Source: Candidatus Latescibacterota bacterium (GTDB lineage Bacteria; Latescibacterota; UBA2968; UBA8231). From it: a stretch of 64,000 bases of DNA. The position numbers and the translations under genes were made by a program. Below are positions 39,842 to 48,971 of the stretch, piece after piece. Positions within the stretch are counted from its first letter, which is position 1, and every line of letters starts with the position of its first letter. Under the pieces are notes generated by a model that had not been told where the DNA came from, ran no database searches, and worked only from the letters and a program-made list of their open reading frames with translations. The DNA is taken from the NCBI GenBank assembly GCA_965223905.1, contig CBDCXV010000001.1:448001-512000 (forward strand), read 5' to 3'.

Positions 39842-41230
39842 ATGACCATCTCACGCAGGACGTTTCTCCGCAGGACCGCGGCCGTATCGGCCGGCTTCGC
39901 AGGTCTCCGCGAGCTTTCGATGGTGTACGGCGCCGAGGCCCCCGAACAGATTTTCGATTCTCTCGAGAAGGACCCGAACGGCCTGCTCGAGCTGCCGCGC
40001 GGCTTCGGCTACCGGGTGATCTCGCGGGTCGAGGAGCGCATGGCCGATGGTTTCCTGGTGCCGTGGGCTCCGGACGGCATGGCTGCTTTTCCCGCCTCCA
40101 ACGGCAGAACCTTGCTGCTGTGCAACTCCGAAGCGAGCCCCTCTGACGAGAAGGATGGGCCGATGGGGGAGCAGGCGAAGCTGCTGGCGCAGCTGCCGGA
40201 ACGGCTGGTCTACGACCCGCGCGAGGACGACGGCCAGTGTCTCGGCGGGGTGACGACCATCATCTACGACACCCGCACCGGGCTCGTGGAGAAGCAGTTC
40301 TTCAGTCTCGCCGGCACGGTGCGCAACTGCGCCGGGGGGCCGACGCCGTGGAACAGCTGGATCACCTGCGAGGAGACCACCGACAGGGCGGGGGACGGGT
40401 ACACAAAGGACCACGGCTACAACTTCGAGGTGGCCGCCTCGGAGAAGCAGGAGCTGCAGGAGCCGGTGCCGCTGCTGGACATGGGCCGCTTCGTTCACGA
40501 GGCGGTGGCCGTCGACCCTGCCTCGGGGATCGTCTACCAGACCGAGGACCGCGGCGACGGCCTCATCTACCGGTTCATTCCCGACAAGCCCGGCCGCCTG
40601 CAGGAGGGGGGGCGGCTGCAGGCGCTGGCTTCCTGGGACAAGTCCTCCCTCGACACCCGCAACTGGCGGGGCGAAGGGGCCTCCGCGGCGACGGAGATCC
40701 CGGTCGGGACCGAGTTCCCGGTGCGCTGGATCGACCTCGAAGACGTGCAGTCCCCCGACGGCGACCTGCATCTGCAGGGGTTCAACAAGGGGGCGGCGCG
40801 CTTCGCCCGCGGCGAGGGGATGTGGTACGGGAATGGAAGCGTCTTTTTCGTCTGCACCAGCGGCGGCCACGCCGGACAGGGGCAGGTCTGGCGCTACACC
40901 CCGAGCCCGCACGAGGGGACCGCCGGGGAGCTCGGGGCCGGGGCGGGAATGCTGATGCTCTACGCCGAGCCGAACGACAAGGGCCTGGTGGAGAACGCCG
41001 ACAACCTCACCGTCGCCCCGTGGGGGGACGTGATCCTCTGCGAGGACGGCGGCGGGCCCGACCGCCTGGTCGGCATCCGGCCGGAGGGGACGTTCTACGA
41101 GCTGGCGCGCACCGTTTCTTCGTCGGAGCTGGCCGGGGCGACCTTTTCTCCGGACGGCAGCACCCTGTTCGTCAACGCCCAGCAGGACGGGGTGACCCTG
41201 GCGATCACCGGCCCCTGGCCGGCCGCCTGA
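39842..41230 (+). CDS. PhoX family alkaline phosphatase (DUF839), Tat-exported
   Basis: SRRTFL Tat motif; PDGM, NCAGG.TPW.SWITCEE, GRFVHEA, EG.W, ADNL, ELAG. Confidence 0.9.
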   Translation: MTISRRTFLRRTAAVSAGFAGLRELSMVYGAEAPEQIFDSLEKDPNGLLELPRGFGYRVISRVEERMADGFLVPWAPDGMAAFPASNGRTLLLCNSEASPSDEKDGPMGEQAKLLAQLPERLVYDPREDDGQCLGGVTTIIYDTRTGLVEKQFFSLAGTVRNCAGGPTPWNSWITCEETTDRAGDGYTKDHGYNFEVAASEKQELQEPVPLLDMGRFVHEAVAVDPASGIVYQTEDRGDGLIYRFIPDKPGRLQEGGRLQALASWDKSSLDTRNWRGEGASAATEIPVGTEFPVRWIDLEDVQSPDGDLHLQGFNKGAARFARGEGMWYGNGSVFFVCTSGGHAGQGQVWRYTPSPHEGTAGELGAGAGMLMLYAEPNDKGLVENADNLTVAPWGDVILCEDGGGPDRLVGIRPEGTFYELARTVSSSELAGATFSPDGSTLFVNAQQDGVTLAITGPWPAA

Positions 41231-41239
41231 TCTTCCGCC

Positions 41240-42420
41240 TCAGCAGGCTCGCTCCTCGAGCCATTCCCTGCTGATCTCGAGCCCGAACCCCGGGGCGCCG
41301 CTGGGGACGACGAAGCCGTTCTCGACGACCGGGGTCCCCGGCAGTCTCACCATCTCCGCCAGCGGCACTCCCGGCGGGGAGACCCCCTCCGAGCGTTCGC
41401 CCCAGGCGACGGCAGGCATCGCGAAGGAGAGGTGCTGGCCGTACGGGTAGTTCATGCCGCCGTGGGCGAGCACGTGCTGGCCGTGGGCTTCGGCGAGGTG
41501 GCAGATGCGCAGGGGGCGGCGCTGATGCCGCCGACCCAGCGGACGTCGGGCTGGAAGATGTCGACGAGGCCGTTGGCGGCGGCGAAGGCGAACGGCGGGA
41601 TGGAGTACCAGTGCTCGCCGGTCGCCAGGATCTGGTGGGGAATGCGCTCCCGCAGCTTGACGTAGCTGCCGAGATCCTCCGGCCGCACGTAATCCTCGAA
41701 CCACTTGATGCGGTACGGTTTCAGGGCTTCGGACAGGCGCACGACGTACTCGACGTCGAACGACATCCAGGCGTCGACCATCAGCTCGCGCTCGTCGCCG
41801 ATCAGCTCGCGGGCGGTGGCGACCAGCTCCTCGTTGCGGCGCAGCCCCTCCATGTCGTCCTCCGGGCCGTGGCGGAAGAAGACCTTGACCGCATCGAAGC
41901 CGAGCTCGAGGAACCACTCGATGCTGTTCTCGATGCCGTAGTTGTGCCCGGTGGCGCTGGCGTAGCAGGGGATGGCGGTCTTCTGCGGCCCGCCCAGAAG
42001 CTCGTAGACCGGCCGCTGCAGCAGCTTGCCCTTGAGATCCCACAGGGCCATGTCGACGGCGCTGATCGCGTAGCTCGCCAGGCCGGAGGTGCCGTAGTGG
42101 GCGGTGGCGCGCTGCATCGCGTCGAACAGCTTCTCGGTGGCCATGCAGTTCTCGCCGGTGATCATCGGGCCGAGGTGGTCCTCGATGATCCCGGCTACGG
42201 GAGGTGAGAAACAGCCGAGGCCGAAACCCCAGGTGCCGTCCCGGGCGGTGACGACGCAGGCGACGTCCCGCCAGTCGCCCCGGGAGCGGGGGAGCAGGCC
42301 GGGGTAGCGGTGCATCGGGCTGACGATGGGAGGGGCGTCAGGTATCTCCGGAACGCGCGGCTTCGTCCTCTGGCGGGGTGCCGTCTCGATGGGGAAGGCG
42401 CGCACTTCGGCGATTTCCAT
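41240..42420 (-). pseudogene. Mandelate racemase/L-rhamnonate dehydratase-like enolase, frameshifted near 41512-41516
   Basis: SAVDMALWDLKGK, PVYELLGG, MVDAW, WFED, TGEH, QPD; continues in another frame as ICHLAEAHG...APGFGLE after a G5 run. Confidence 0.85.
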
Positions 42421-42437
42421 CTGTCGAATTCTCCGGT

Positions 42438-42466
42438 TTGTCTGGGTGCGGGGGAACCGCTATACT
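42438..42466 (+). promoter_or_regulatory. Putative sigma70 promoter for the EndoQ-UvrD gene
   Basis: TTGTCT-17 bp-TATACT. Confidence 0.5.
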
Positions 42467-42542
42467 CGAAAAACCGTTCGCTCTCCCCCGCACCTCCGTT
42501 CGCAAGCTCCCCCCCATCTCCGGCTCTCCGCAAGGAAGGCAT

Positions 42543-45500
42543 ATGTCGCGTCGCGGCAGCAGGCGTTTTGTGGCCGACGTGCACCTGCACTCGCGCCACT
42601 CGCGCGCAACCAGCAAAGAGCTCAATCCCGAAAACCTCCACAAGTGGTCGGCGCTGAAGGGCGTAGACGTCGTCGGTACCGCCGATTTCACCCACCCGGA
42701 ATGGCTGGCGGAGCTGAAAGAGAAGCTCACCCCTGCCGAGGAGGGGCTGTACCGGCTGCGCGACGACCTGCTGGAAGCGGTGGAGCAGGAGCTGCCGGCT
42801 TCCTGCCGAAGCGAGGTCAGGTTTCTTCTTTCGGTCGAAATCAGCTCCATCTACAAGCGCCACGGCCGCACTCGCAAGGTGCACAACGTCGTCATCCTTC
42901 CCGACTTCGCCGCGGCCGACCGCTTCAACCGGCGCCTGGGGCGGATCGGCAACCTCAAGTCGGACGGGAGGCCGATCCTCGGCCTCGACAGCCGCGACCT
43001 GCTCGAAATCTGCCTCGAGGTCTGCCCCGAGGTGCTGTTCATCCCCGCCCACATCTGGACCCCCCACTTCGCCGTGCTGGGGGCCAGCTCCGGGTTCGAC
43101 AGCATGGAGGAGTGCTTCGACGACCTGCTGCCCCACATCTACGCGGTCGAGACCGGGCTTTCCTCCGATCCGCCGATGAACGGCCGCCTCTCGCAGCTCG
43201 ACCGCTTCGCCGTGGTTTCGAACTCCGACGCCCACTCGCCGCGCAAGCTGGCGCGCGAGGCGACCTGCTTCGACACCGACCTGTCGTACCGGGGGATGCT
43301 CGAGGCGCTACGCGACCGCGATCCGCAGCGCTTCACCGGCACCATCGAGTTCTACCCGGAAGAGGGGAAGTACCACTACGACGGCCACCGCAAGTGCGGC
43401 GTCTGCTGGACCCCGACGCAGACCATCGCCGCCGGGGGGCTGTGCCCGGAATGCGGCCGCAAAGTGACCGTCGGCGTGCTCCATCGCGTCGAGAAGCTGG
43501 CCGACCGCGGCGAAGGGGAAGCCGCGCCTGAGCGCCGGTTCGAGTATCTCATACCCCTGGAAGAGGTGATCGGCTCGGCCCTCGGCGTCGGCCCCAACAG
43601 CAAGAAGGTGCAGCAGATCTACCACGCCCTCGTCGCGCAGCTCGGCCCGGAGCTGGACGTTTTGCGGACTGCCGACATTGCGAAGATCGCCCAGAGCGGA
43701 GGCCAGCCCCTGGTCGCCGAGGGCGTGCGGCGGATGCGTAGCGGCAAGGTGGCGATCGCGCCGGGATACGACGGCGAGTACGGCAGGATCGAGGTGTTCA
43801 GCGACGAGGAGCGCCGCCGGATCGAGGGCCAATCGCAGCTGTTCGACATGGGGGCCGTCCTCGACGAGGAGGCGCTGCAGGCGGCCGAGGTCGTCGAGTC
43901 GATGGCGGGAGAAGCGGGCGGGCCCAGGCCGGAGGCCCTGATGGAGCAGGGCAGCGCGGTGCTGGAACGCCTGCTGTTCTCCGGAACCGCGCTCGACGAC
44001 GGGCAGCAGGCCGCGGTCGAGGAGCCGGCGGGGCCGGTGGTGGTTGCCGCCGGGCCGGGCTCGGGCAAGACGCGAACCCTGGTGCAGCGGATAGCCCACC
44101 TGGTCCGCCGCGAGGGGGTCTCGCCGGGCAAGATCTACGCCGTCACCTTCACCAACCGCGCCGCCGACGAGATGCGGCAGCGGCTGCGCGCCATGGACCC
44201 GCCGCTGCGGAACGTCGAGCGGGTATTCACCGGCACCTTCCACCGTCTCGCCCTGCAGCTGATGGGCAACTTTCGCCGGAGCCCCGAAGCCGCCGTCATC
44301 GACGCACAGGACGCTCGGGCCATCGTCGCCGCGGTGATCGAGGAACAGGGCGCCGGCTTGCGCCCGGCCGCGGCGCAGGAGCAGATCTCGCGGTGGAAGG
44401 CGGAGGGGCGGCTGCCGGCGCAGGTGCCGGCTGCCGAGGCCGCGCTCGCCGGCGTGTACGAGGGATACCGGCGGCGGCTGGCGCGCCTTGGAGCGCGGGA
44501 CTACGACGACATCCTCCTCGATTTCCTGCACCTGCTCGAAGAGGACGAAGGGTTCGCCGCCTACGCCGCCGGCTGCATTCAGTGCCTTCTGATCGACGAG
44601 TTTCAGGACGTCAACGCCGTCCAGTACCGCCTGGCGGTCAGGATGGCCGGCGACGGCCGCGGCCTCTTCGTCATCGGCGATCCCAACCAGTCGATTTACG
44701 GCTTCCGCGGCGCCGACCCGGTGTACTTCGACCGCCTCGGGTCGGCTTTTCCGGGAAACAGGCGCATCCACCTGACCACCAACTACCGCTCCGCCCCTTA
44801 CCTGGTGCGGGCAGGTCGTTCCCTGATCGGCCTTGCAGAAAAAGCCGGCGGCAACGGGGCGGGCGCCGCGGCAGCACGCGGCGCCATCCGCATGGTCGCG
44901 ACCGACAGCGAAATGTCGGAGGCGATCGCCGTCGTCAGGGAGATCGACCGCCTCGTCGGGGGCGCCGACATGATCGCGTCCGACAACGCCGCGGGAAGCG
45001 TCGGCGGGGAATACAGCTTCGGCGACGTCGCCGTGCTGTTCCGCACCGGGAGGCAGGCGGAGGTGCTGGAGACCTGCTTCCTGACCGAAGGGCTTCCGTA
45101 CCGCCTCATCGGTCAGCGAGGTTTCCTCGAGACGCCCGCGGTGCGCCGGGCGCTGGCCTTCTGGCGCTACGTCGCGCAGCCGGACAGCGGCCTGCGGCTG
45201 CTCGAGGGGCTGCGACGGAATCCGTTCAACCCGGGGCGCGCCGCCATGTCTCAGATCACCGCGGCAGTGCTAGAGACCTCCGGGCCGGTGGACCTGGCGA
45301 CCCTCGGCGCAGCGCTTTCGGAACGGGAGCGCGCGAAGATCGCGACCCTGACGGAGGCGGCAGGGCGCTACCGGAGCCGGGCAGGGGAGCCGCCGGCCGA
45401 CCTGCTGCGCTCCTGGCAGCAGGAGTTCGGTGACGCCGCGGCGGGGGAGGAGACGGGCTTCTCCCGGTTCGTCTCCCTGGCGGAAAACGCGGAATCCATG

Positions 45501-45893
45501 AAGCAGCTCCTCGAGCGGGTGGTGCTCGGTCAGGACGCCGACATCGAGCGCCGCGGCGGCGCCAGGCAGCCTGAGGCGGTCAGCCTGATGACCATGCACG
45601 CCGCCAAGGGACTGGAGTTCCCGGTGGTGCTGATCTGCGGCGTCGAGGACGGAGTGATACCGCTGGCCGAACCGGGGAGGGAGTGCGACGAAGAGGAGGA
45701 GCGGCGCCTGTTTTACGTCGCCGTTACCCGCGCCGGGAAGGAACTGGTCCTGTTCCGCGCCCGCAGCCGCATGCGGCACGGGCAGCGGGTGCAGTTGCAG
45801 AAGTCGCGGTTCGTGGGCATGATACCCGAGGCGCTCGTGCGGGAAGAGGCGATGTCCGAGTCGCGGCGGGGGCGCCAACTGAGCCTGTTCTGA
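42543..45893 (+). CDS. Endonuclease Q (PHP) - UvrD/PcrA helicase fusion
   Basis: DVHLHS, IPAHIWTP, NSDAHS, CxxC/CPECG zinc finger; AGPGSGKT, DEFQD, GDPNQSIYGFRGA, TMHAAKGLEF, EERRLFYVAVTRA; ends QLSLF. Confidence 0.92.
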   Translation: MSRRGSRRFVADVHLHSRHSRATSKELNPENLHKWSALKGVDVVGTADFTHPEWLAELKEKLTPAEEGLYRLRDDLLEAVEQELPASCRSEVRFLLSVEISSIYKRHGRTRKVHNVVILPDFAAADRFNRRLGRIGNLKSDGRPILGLDSRDLLEICLEVCPEVLFIPAHIWTPHFAVLGASSGFDSMEECFDDLLPHIYAVETGLSSDPPMNGRLSQLDRFAVVSNSDAHSPRKLAREATCFDTDLSYRGMLEALRDRDPQRFTGTIEFYPEEGKYHYDGHRKCGVCWTPTQTIAAGGLCPECGRKVTVGVLHRVEKLADRGEGEAAPERRFEYLIPLEEVIGSALGVGPNSKKVQQIYHALVAQLGPELDVLRTADIAKIAQSGGQPLVAEGVRRMRSGKVAIAPGYDGEYGRIEVFSDEERRRIEGQSQLFDMGAVLDEEALQAAEVVESMAGEAGGPRPEALMEQGSAVLERLLFSGTALDDGQQAAVEEPAGPVVVAAGPGSGKTRTLVQRIAHLVRREGVSPGKIYAVTFTNRAADEMRQRLRAMDPPLRNVERVFTGTFHRLALQLMGNFRRSPEAAVIDAQDARAIVAAVIEEQGAGLRPAAAQEQISRWKAEGRLPAQVPAAEAALAGVYEGYRRRLARLGARDYDDILLDFLHLLEEDEGFAAYAAGCIQCLLIDEFQDVNAVQYRLAVRMAGDGRGLFVIGDPNQSIYGFRGADPVYFDRLGSAFPGNRRIHLTTNYRSAPYLVRAGRSLIGLAEKAGGNGAGAAAARGAIRMVATDSEMSEAIAVVREIDRLVGGADMIASDNAAGSVGGEYSFGDVAVLFRTGRQAEVLETCFLTEGLPYRLIGQRGFLETPAVRRALAFWRYVAQPDSGLRLLEGLRRNPFNPGRAAMSQITAAVLETSGPVDLATLGAALSERERAKIATLTEAAGRYRSRAGEPPADLLRSWQQEFGDAAAGEETGFSRFVSLAENAESMKQLLERVVLGQDADIERRGGARQPEAVSLMTMHAAKGLEFPVVLICGVEDGVIPLAEPGRECDEEEERRLFYVAVTRAGKELVLFRARSRMRHGQRVQLQKSRFVGMIPEALVREEAMSESRRGRQLSLF

Positions 45894-45896
45894 ACG

Positions 45897-46739
45897 ATGA
45901 CGGACACCCGGCTGACGCAGCAGCAGATCGACTTCTTCAACACCTTCGGCTACCTCTGTTTCTCCGGCCTGCTGGCCGACTGCATCGACGGCATCATCGC
46001 CGAGTTCGAGCGCGTCTGGGAGCGGCACGGCGGCGGCCACCACGGCAGGCCCCACGACGAGGACCAGCGCTCCTGCATCGTGCCGTTCCCCGACAAGAGC
46101 GAGTACCTCAGCAGCCTTCTCGACGACCCGCGCATCCACGACATCGCCGCCGGCCTGCTCGGTGAGGACTTCAACTACACCAGCGGCGACGGCAACCTCT
46201 ACGTCGGCGACACCCGCTGGCACTCCGACGGCTACAGCGGCACCCGCATCCCCAGCATCAAGATCGCCTTCTACCTCGACCCGGTGACCGCCGACACCGG
46301 CGCCGTGCGCGTCATCCCCGGCAGCCACCACTGCGGCGACGCCTACGCCGACAGCCTCGAGCGATCCGTCAGGGAGAGCAGTGAGCAGTGGGGCATCCCC
46401 CCCGAGGAAGTGCCGGCCGTCATCGTCGAGACCGAGCCGGGGGACATCGTCGTCTTCTGGCACAACACCAAGCACTCGGCCTTCGGCGGCTCGGTGCGAC
46501 GCCGCATGTACACGATGAACTTCTACGAGCACGTCCCCGAGGAGCGGCTCGAGGATTTCCAGAACGTCCTGGCGAACGAGGGCCGCTTCTGGATCGACCA
46601 CATCCTGGGTGAAGAGATGCTGAGAACCGCGGGACCGGAGCGCATGGTGCACCTGCGGCAGGTCATCGAAAACGACTTCAAGGTGAAGGAAGTGCACGCC
46701 CGCCTGCGGGCCGAGCGCCCGGAACCGTCCCGGGGATGA
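45897..46739 (+). CDS. Phytanoyl-CoA dioxygenase family protein
   Basis: FFNTFGY, WHSD, VRVIPGSH, PGDIVVF, KHSA. Confidence 0.88.
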   Translation: MTDTRLTQQQIDFFNTFGYLCFSGLLADCIDGIIAEFERVWERHGGGHHGRPHDEDQRSCIVPFPDKSEYLSSLLDDPRIHDIAAGLLGEDFNYTSGDGNLYVGDTRWHSDGYSGTRIPSIKIAFYLDPVTADTGAVRVIPGSHHCGDAYADSLERSVRESSEQWGIPPEEVPAVIVETEPGDIVVFWHNTKHSAFGGSVRRRMYTMNFYEHVPEERLEDFQNVLANEGRFWIDHILGEEMLRTAGPERMVHLRQVIENDFKVKEVHARLRAERPEPSRG

Positions 46740-46936
46740 GGGCTGGGCGGGCCTGGGCAACACATGACAAATAGGGGAGCAAGCCCGCGATCTTGCCGGG
46801 CGATACTTTCTCCAAATCCCCTTCCTACCGATATATCCCGTTCGAGCTTTCTGTTCCGGAAGCTCGCATTCCCACCTGACTTTGGCGCGCCACGGCTGCG
46901 GTACATGGCCGGAGCACCAAGCCTCGGATCCGAAGG

Positions 46937-47710
46937 TTACTTCCGGGGAAGGCCGGCTGTCGAAGAGTAGCCGTTTGCCGCTATGGCGTCCCGCAGAAAA
47001 TCGAACGGAAGGGCACGAGGTCCGGCCTCCTTTTTCCAGCGGCCGGCCGCCTCCGGCCGTACCACGATCCGTGCCAGCGGGATGCCCAAAAAAGCCTCGA
47101 GTCGTTCGAGCGTCTCCTCCTGTTTCAGCACGAAGTCCTCGAACCGGATCTCGGTTACATGTTTCGGCCTCGGTGTGGCTTTCATCAGCTGGTATTGATA
47201 GAACCAGGAGATCGCCCGCATTTCGTGAACGTCCTCGGTCCGTGGGTAATCAATCCCGAACTTGCGTAAATCGTCCGTTTTGTGGCCGCCCAGAATGCAA
47301 TCCCTCGGATCGCGGATCCAATGAATGAACCGGGCCTCGGGAAACAGGCGGGAAATCCACGGATAGACGAGGGTCGTCTCGGGTATCTTCCACCCCTTGT
47401 GCGCGGACGAGTTGTGCATCACGTCTTCCAGGTAGGTGTGGATGTGCCGCTCGAACTCGCGGTCGATCGGCATCGAAAACAGGGGATCGAAGTTCCACGA
47501 CAACCCACCCTTCCATTCGACGTATTGGGCCATGACCCGGCAGGCGTCGTACATCGCCTGCCCCGGGATCTTGTCCCCGGATGGGTTCAGCCGGCTTCCC
47601 ATGTAAACCCCACTGGCGTACAAGGTGTGGGAAACGGCACGCGTCCCGGAATGACCGCGGCCGATCACTGTGATCAGAGTTTCCATATGCGTTGAGTGCC
47701 TGTCCGTCAT
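46937..47710 (-). CDS. Sulfotransferase
   Basis: GRGHSGT 5'-PSB loop, GWKIP, RDPRD 3'-PB, RFEDF; start may be 47689. Confidence 0.85.
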   Translation of the reverse strand: MTDRHSTHMETLITVIGRGHSGTRAVSHTLYASGVYMGSRLNPSGDKIPGQAMYDACRVMAQYVEWKGGLSWNFDPLFSMPIDREFERHIHTYLEDVMHNSSAHKGWKIPETTLVYPWISRLFPEARFIHWIRDPRDCILGGHKTDDLRKFGIDYPRTEDVHEMRAISWFYQYQLMKATPRPKHVTEIRFEDFVLKQEETLERLEAFLGIPLARIVVRPEAAGRWKKEAGPRALPFDFLRDAIAANGYSSTAGLPRK

Positions 47711-48115
47711 TCAGCGAACAATAGCCTTCGAGTTGAAAAATGCAGCGCTCTCATCAACGCAGGCGCGAATTTCAGCACCCCGGAAGGTGATCGCCAAGTG
47801 CCTGAGCTCCTCCTCGAGCCAGGCGGGACGGATGTGCGGGATACACGCGAGCACGGCACCGACGGGGATGCAGGCCTCCGGCAAGAGTGGTCCGGGGCAG
47901 CAGCTTGGAGCCGTTCCAGGTCTGAGGGGAAGATGATTCATCGAGGCATCGTGTCCGGGAAATCCCACGCGAATCGGAACGATACCGCCCATGAATACAC
48001 TGCCGGAAAATCTGGACACATGAAGTCCTGCAGCGTAGAGTTCCGGCCTTTCGGCAAGGCCGGGGGTGGTTTCCGCCCAGGGCCCTGAAAAATTCACTCC
48101 CACGGAGATTGCACC

Positions 48116-48874
48116 ATGAGCTCAAATGGAAAGGTCGCCCTCGTTACGGGGGCGGGAAGCGGTATCGGTCAGCGCACCTCCCTGGCCCTGCTGAAGGAGG
48201 GATACTCGGTGGCGCTGGCCGGCAGGCGCGAGGAGGCGCTGCAGTCGACGGTGGATCTCGCCGGGCAGGATGGGGAACGCGCCCTTTCCGTGCCGTCGGA
48301 CGTCACCGATCCCGATGCGGTGCGGGCGTTGTTCGCGAAAACGAAGGAGGAGTTCGGGCGCCTGGATCTGCTGTTCAACAACGCCGGCATGGGGGCGCCC
48401 GGGGTGCCCCTGGAGGACCTGACCTTCGAGCAGTGGACGGCGGTCGTCAACCTAAACCTGACCGGGGTGTTCCTGTGCACGCAGGAGGCGTTCCGGATCA
48501 TGAAGGACCAGGATCCGCGCGGCGGCCGCATCATCAACAACGGCTCGGTGTCGGCGCACGTGCCGCGGCCCAACTCGGCGCCGTACACGGCGACCAAGCA
48601 CGCCGTTCAGGGATTGACGCGGGCGACCTCGCTCGACGGCCGCAAGTACGACATCGCCTGCGGGCAGATCGACATCGGCAACGCCGCTACGGATATGACC
48701 CAGCGGATGAATGACGGGGTTCCCCAGCCGAACGGGTCGATGATGGTGGAGCCGCGCATGGACGCCGACGACGTGGCGCGGGCGGTGGTGTACATGGCCA
48801 GCCTGCCGCTGGAGGCCAACGTGCAGTTCATCACGGTGATGGCGACGAAGATGCCGTATATCGGACGGGGGTGA
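48116..48874 (+). CDS. Short-chain dehydrogenase/reductase
   Basis: [17 protein letters not shown]. Confidence 0.95.
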   Translation: MSSNGKVALVTGAGSGIGQRTSLALLKEGYSVALAGRREEALQSTVDLAGQDGERALSVPSDVTDPDAVRALFAKTKEEFGRLDLLFNNAGMGAPGVPLEDLTFEQWTAVVNLNLTGVFLCTQEAFRIMKDQDPRGGRIINNGSVSAHVPRPNSAPYTATKHAVQGLTRATSLDGRKYDIACGQIDIGNAATDMTQRMNDGVPQPNGSMMVEPRMDADDVARAVVYMASLPLEANVQFITVMATKMPYIGRG

Positions 48875-48971
48875 GACGGTCCTTCGGGCCGTCCCGGACC
48901 GGTGACGAAGCAGGGATTTCGAGAAGGGATTTGGGGGAAGCCGATGTGCAGGCGGTAACCTCGGGGGGAAG

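Noticed and set aside
47711-47940. Small ORF abutting the sulfotransferase start
   Set aside because: No recognisable motif or RBS; cannot support it as a gene
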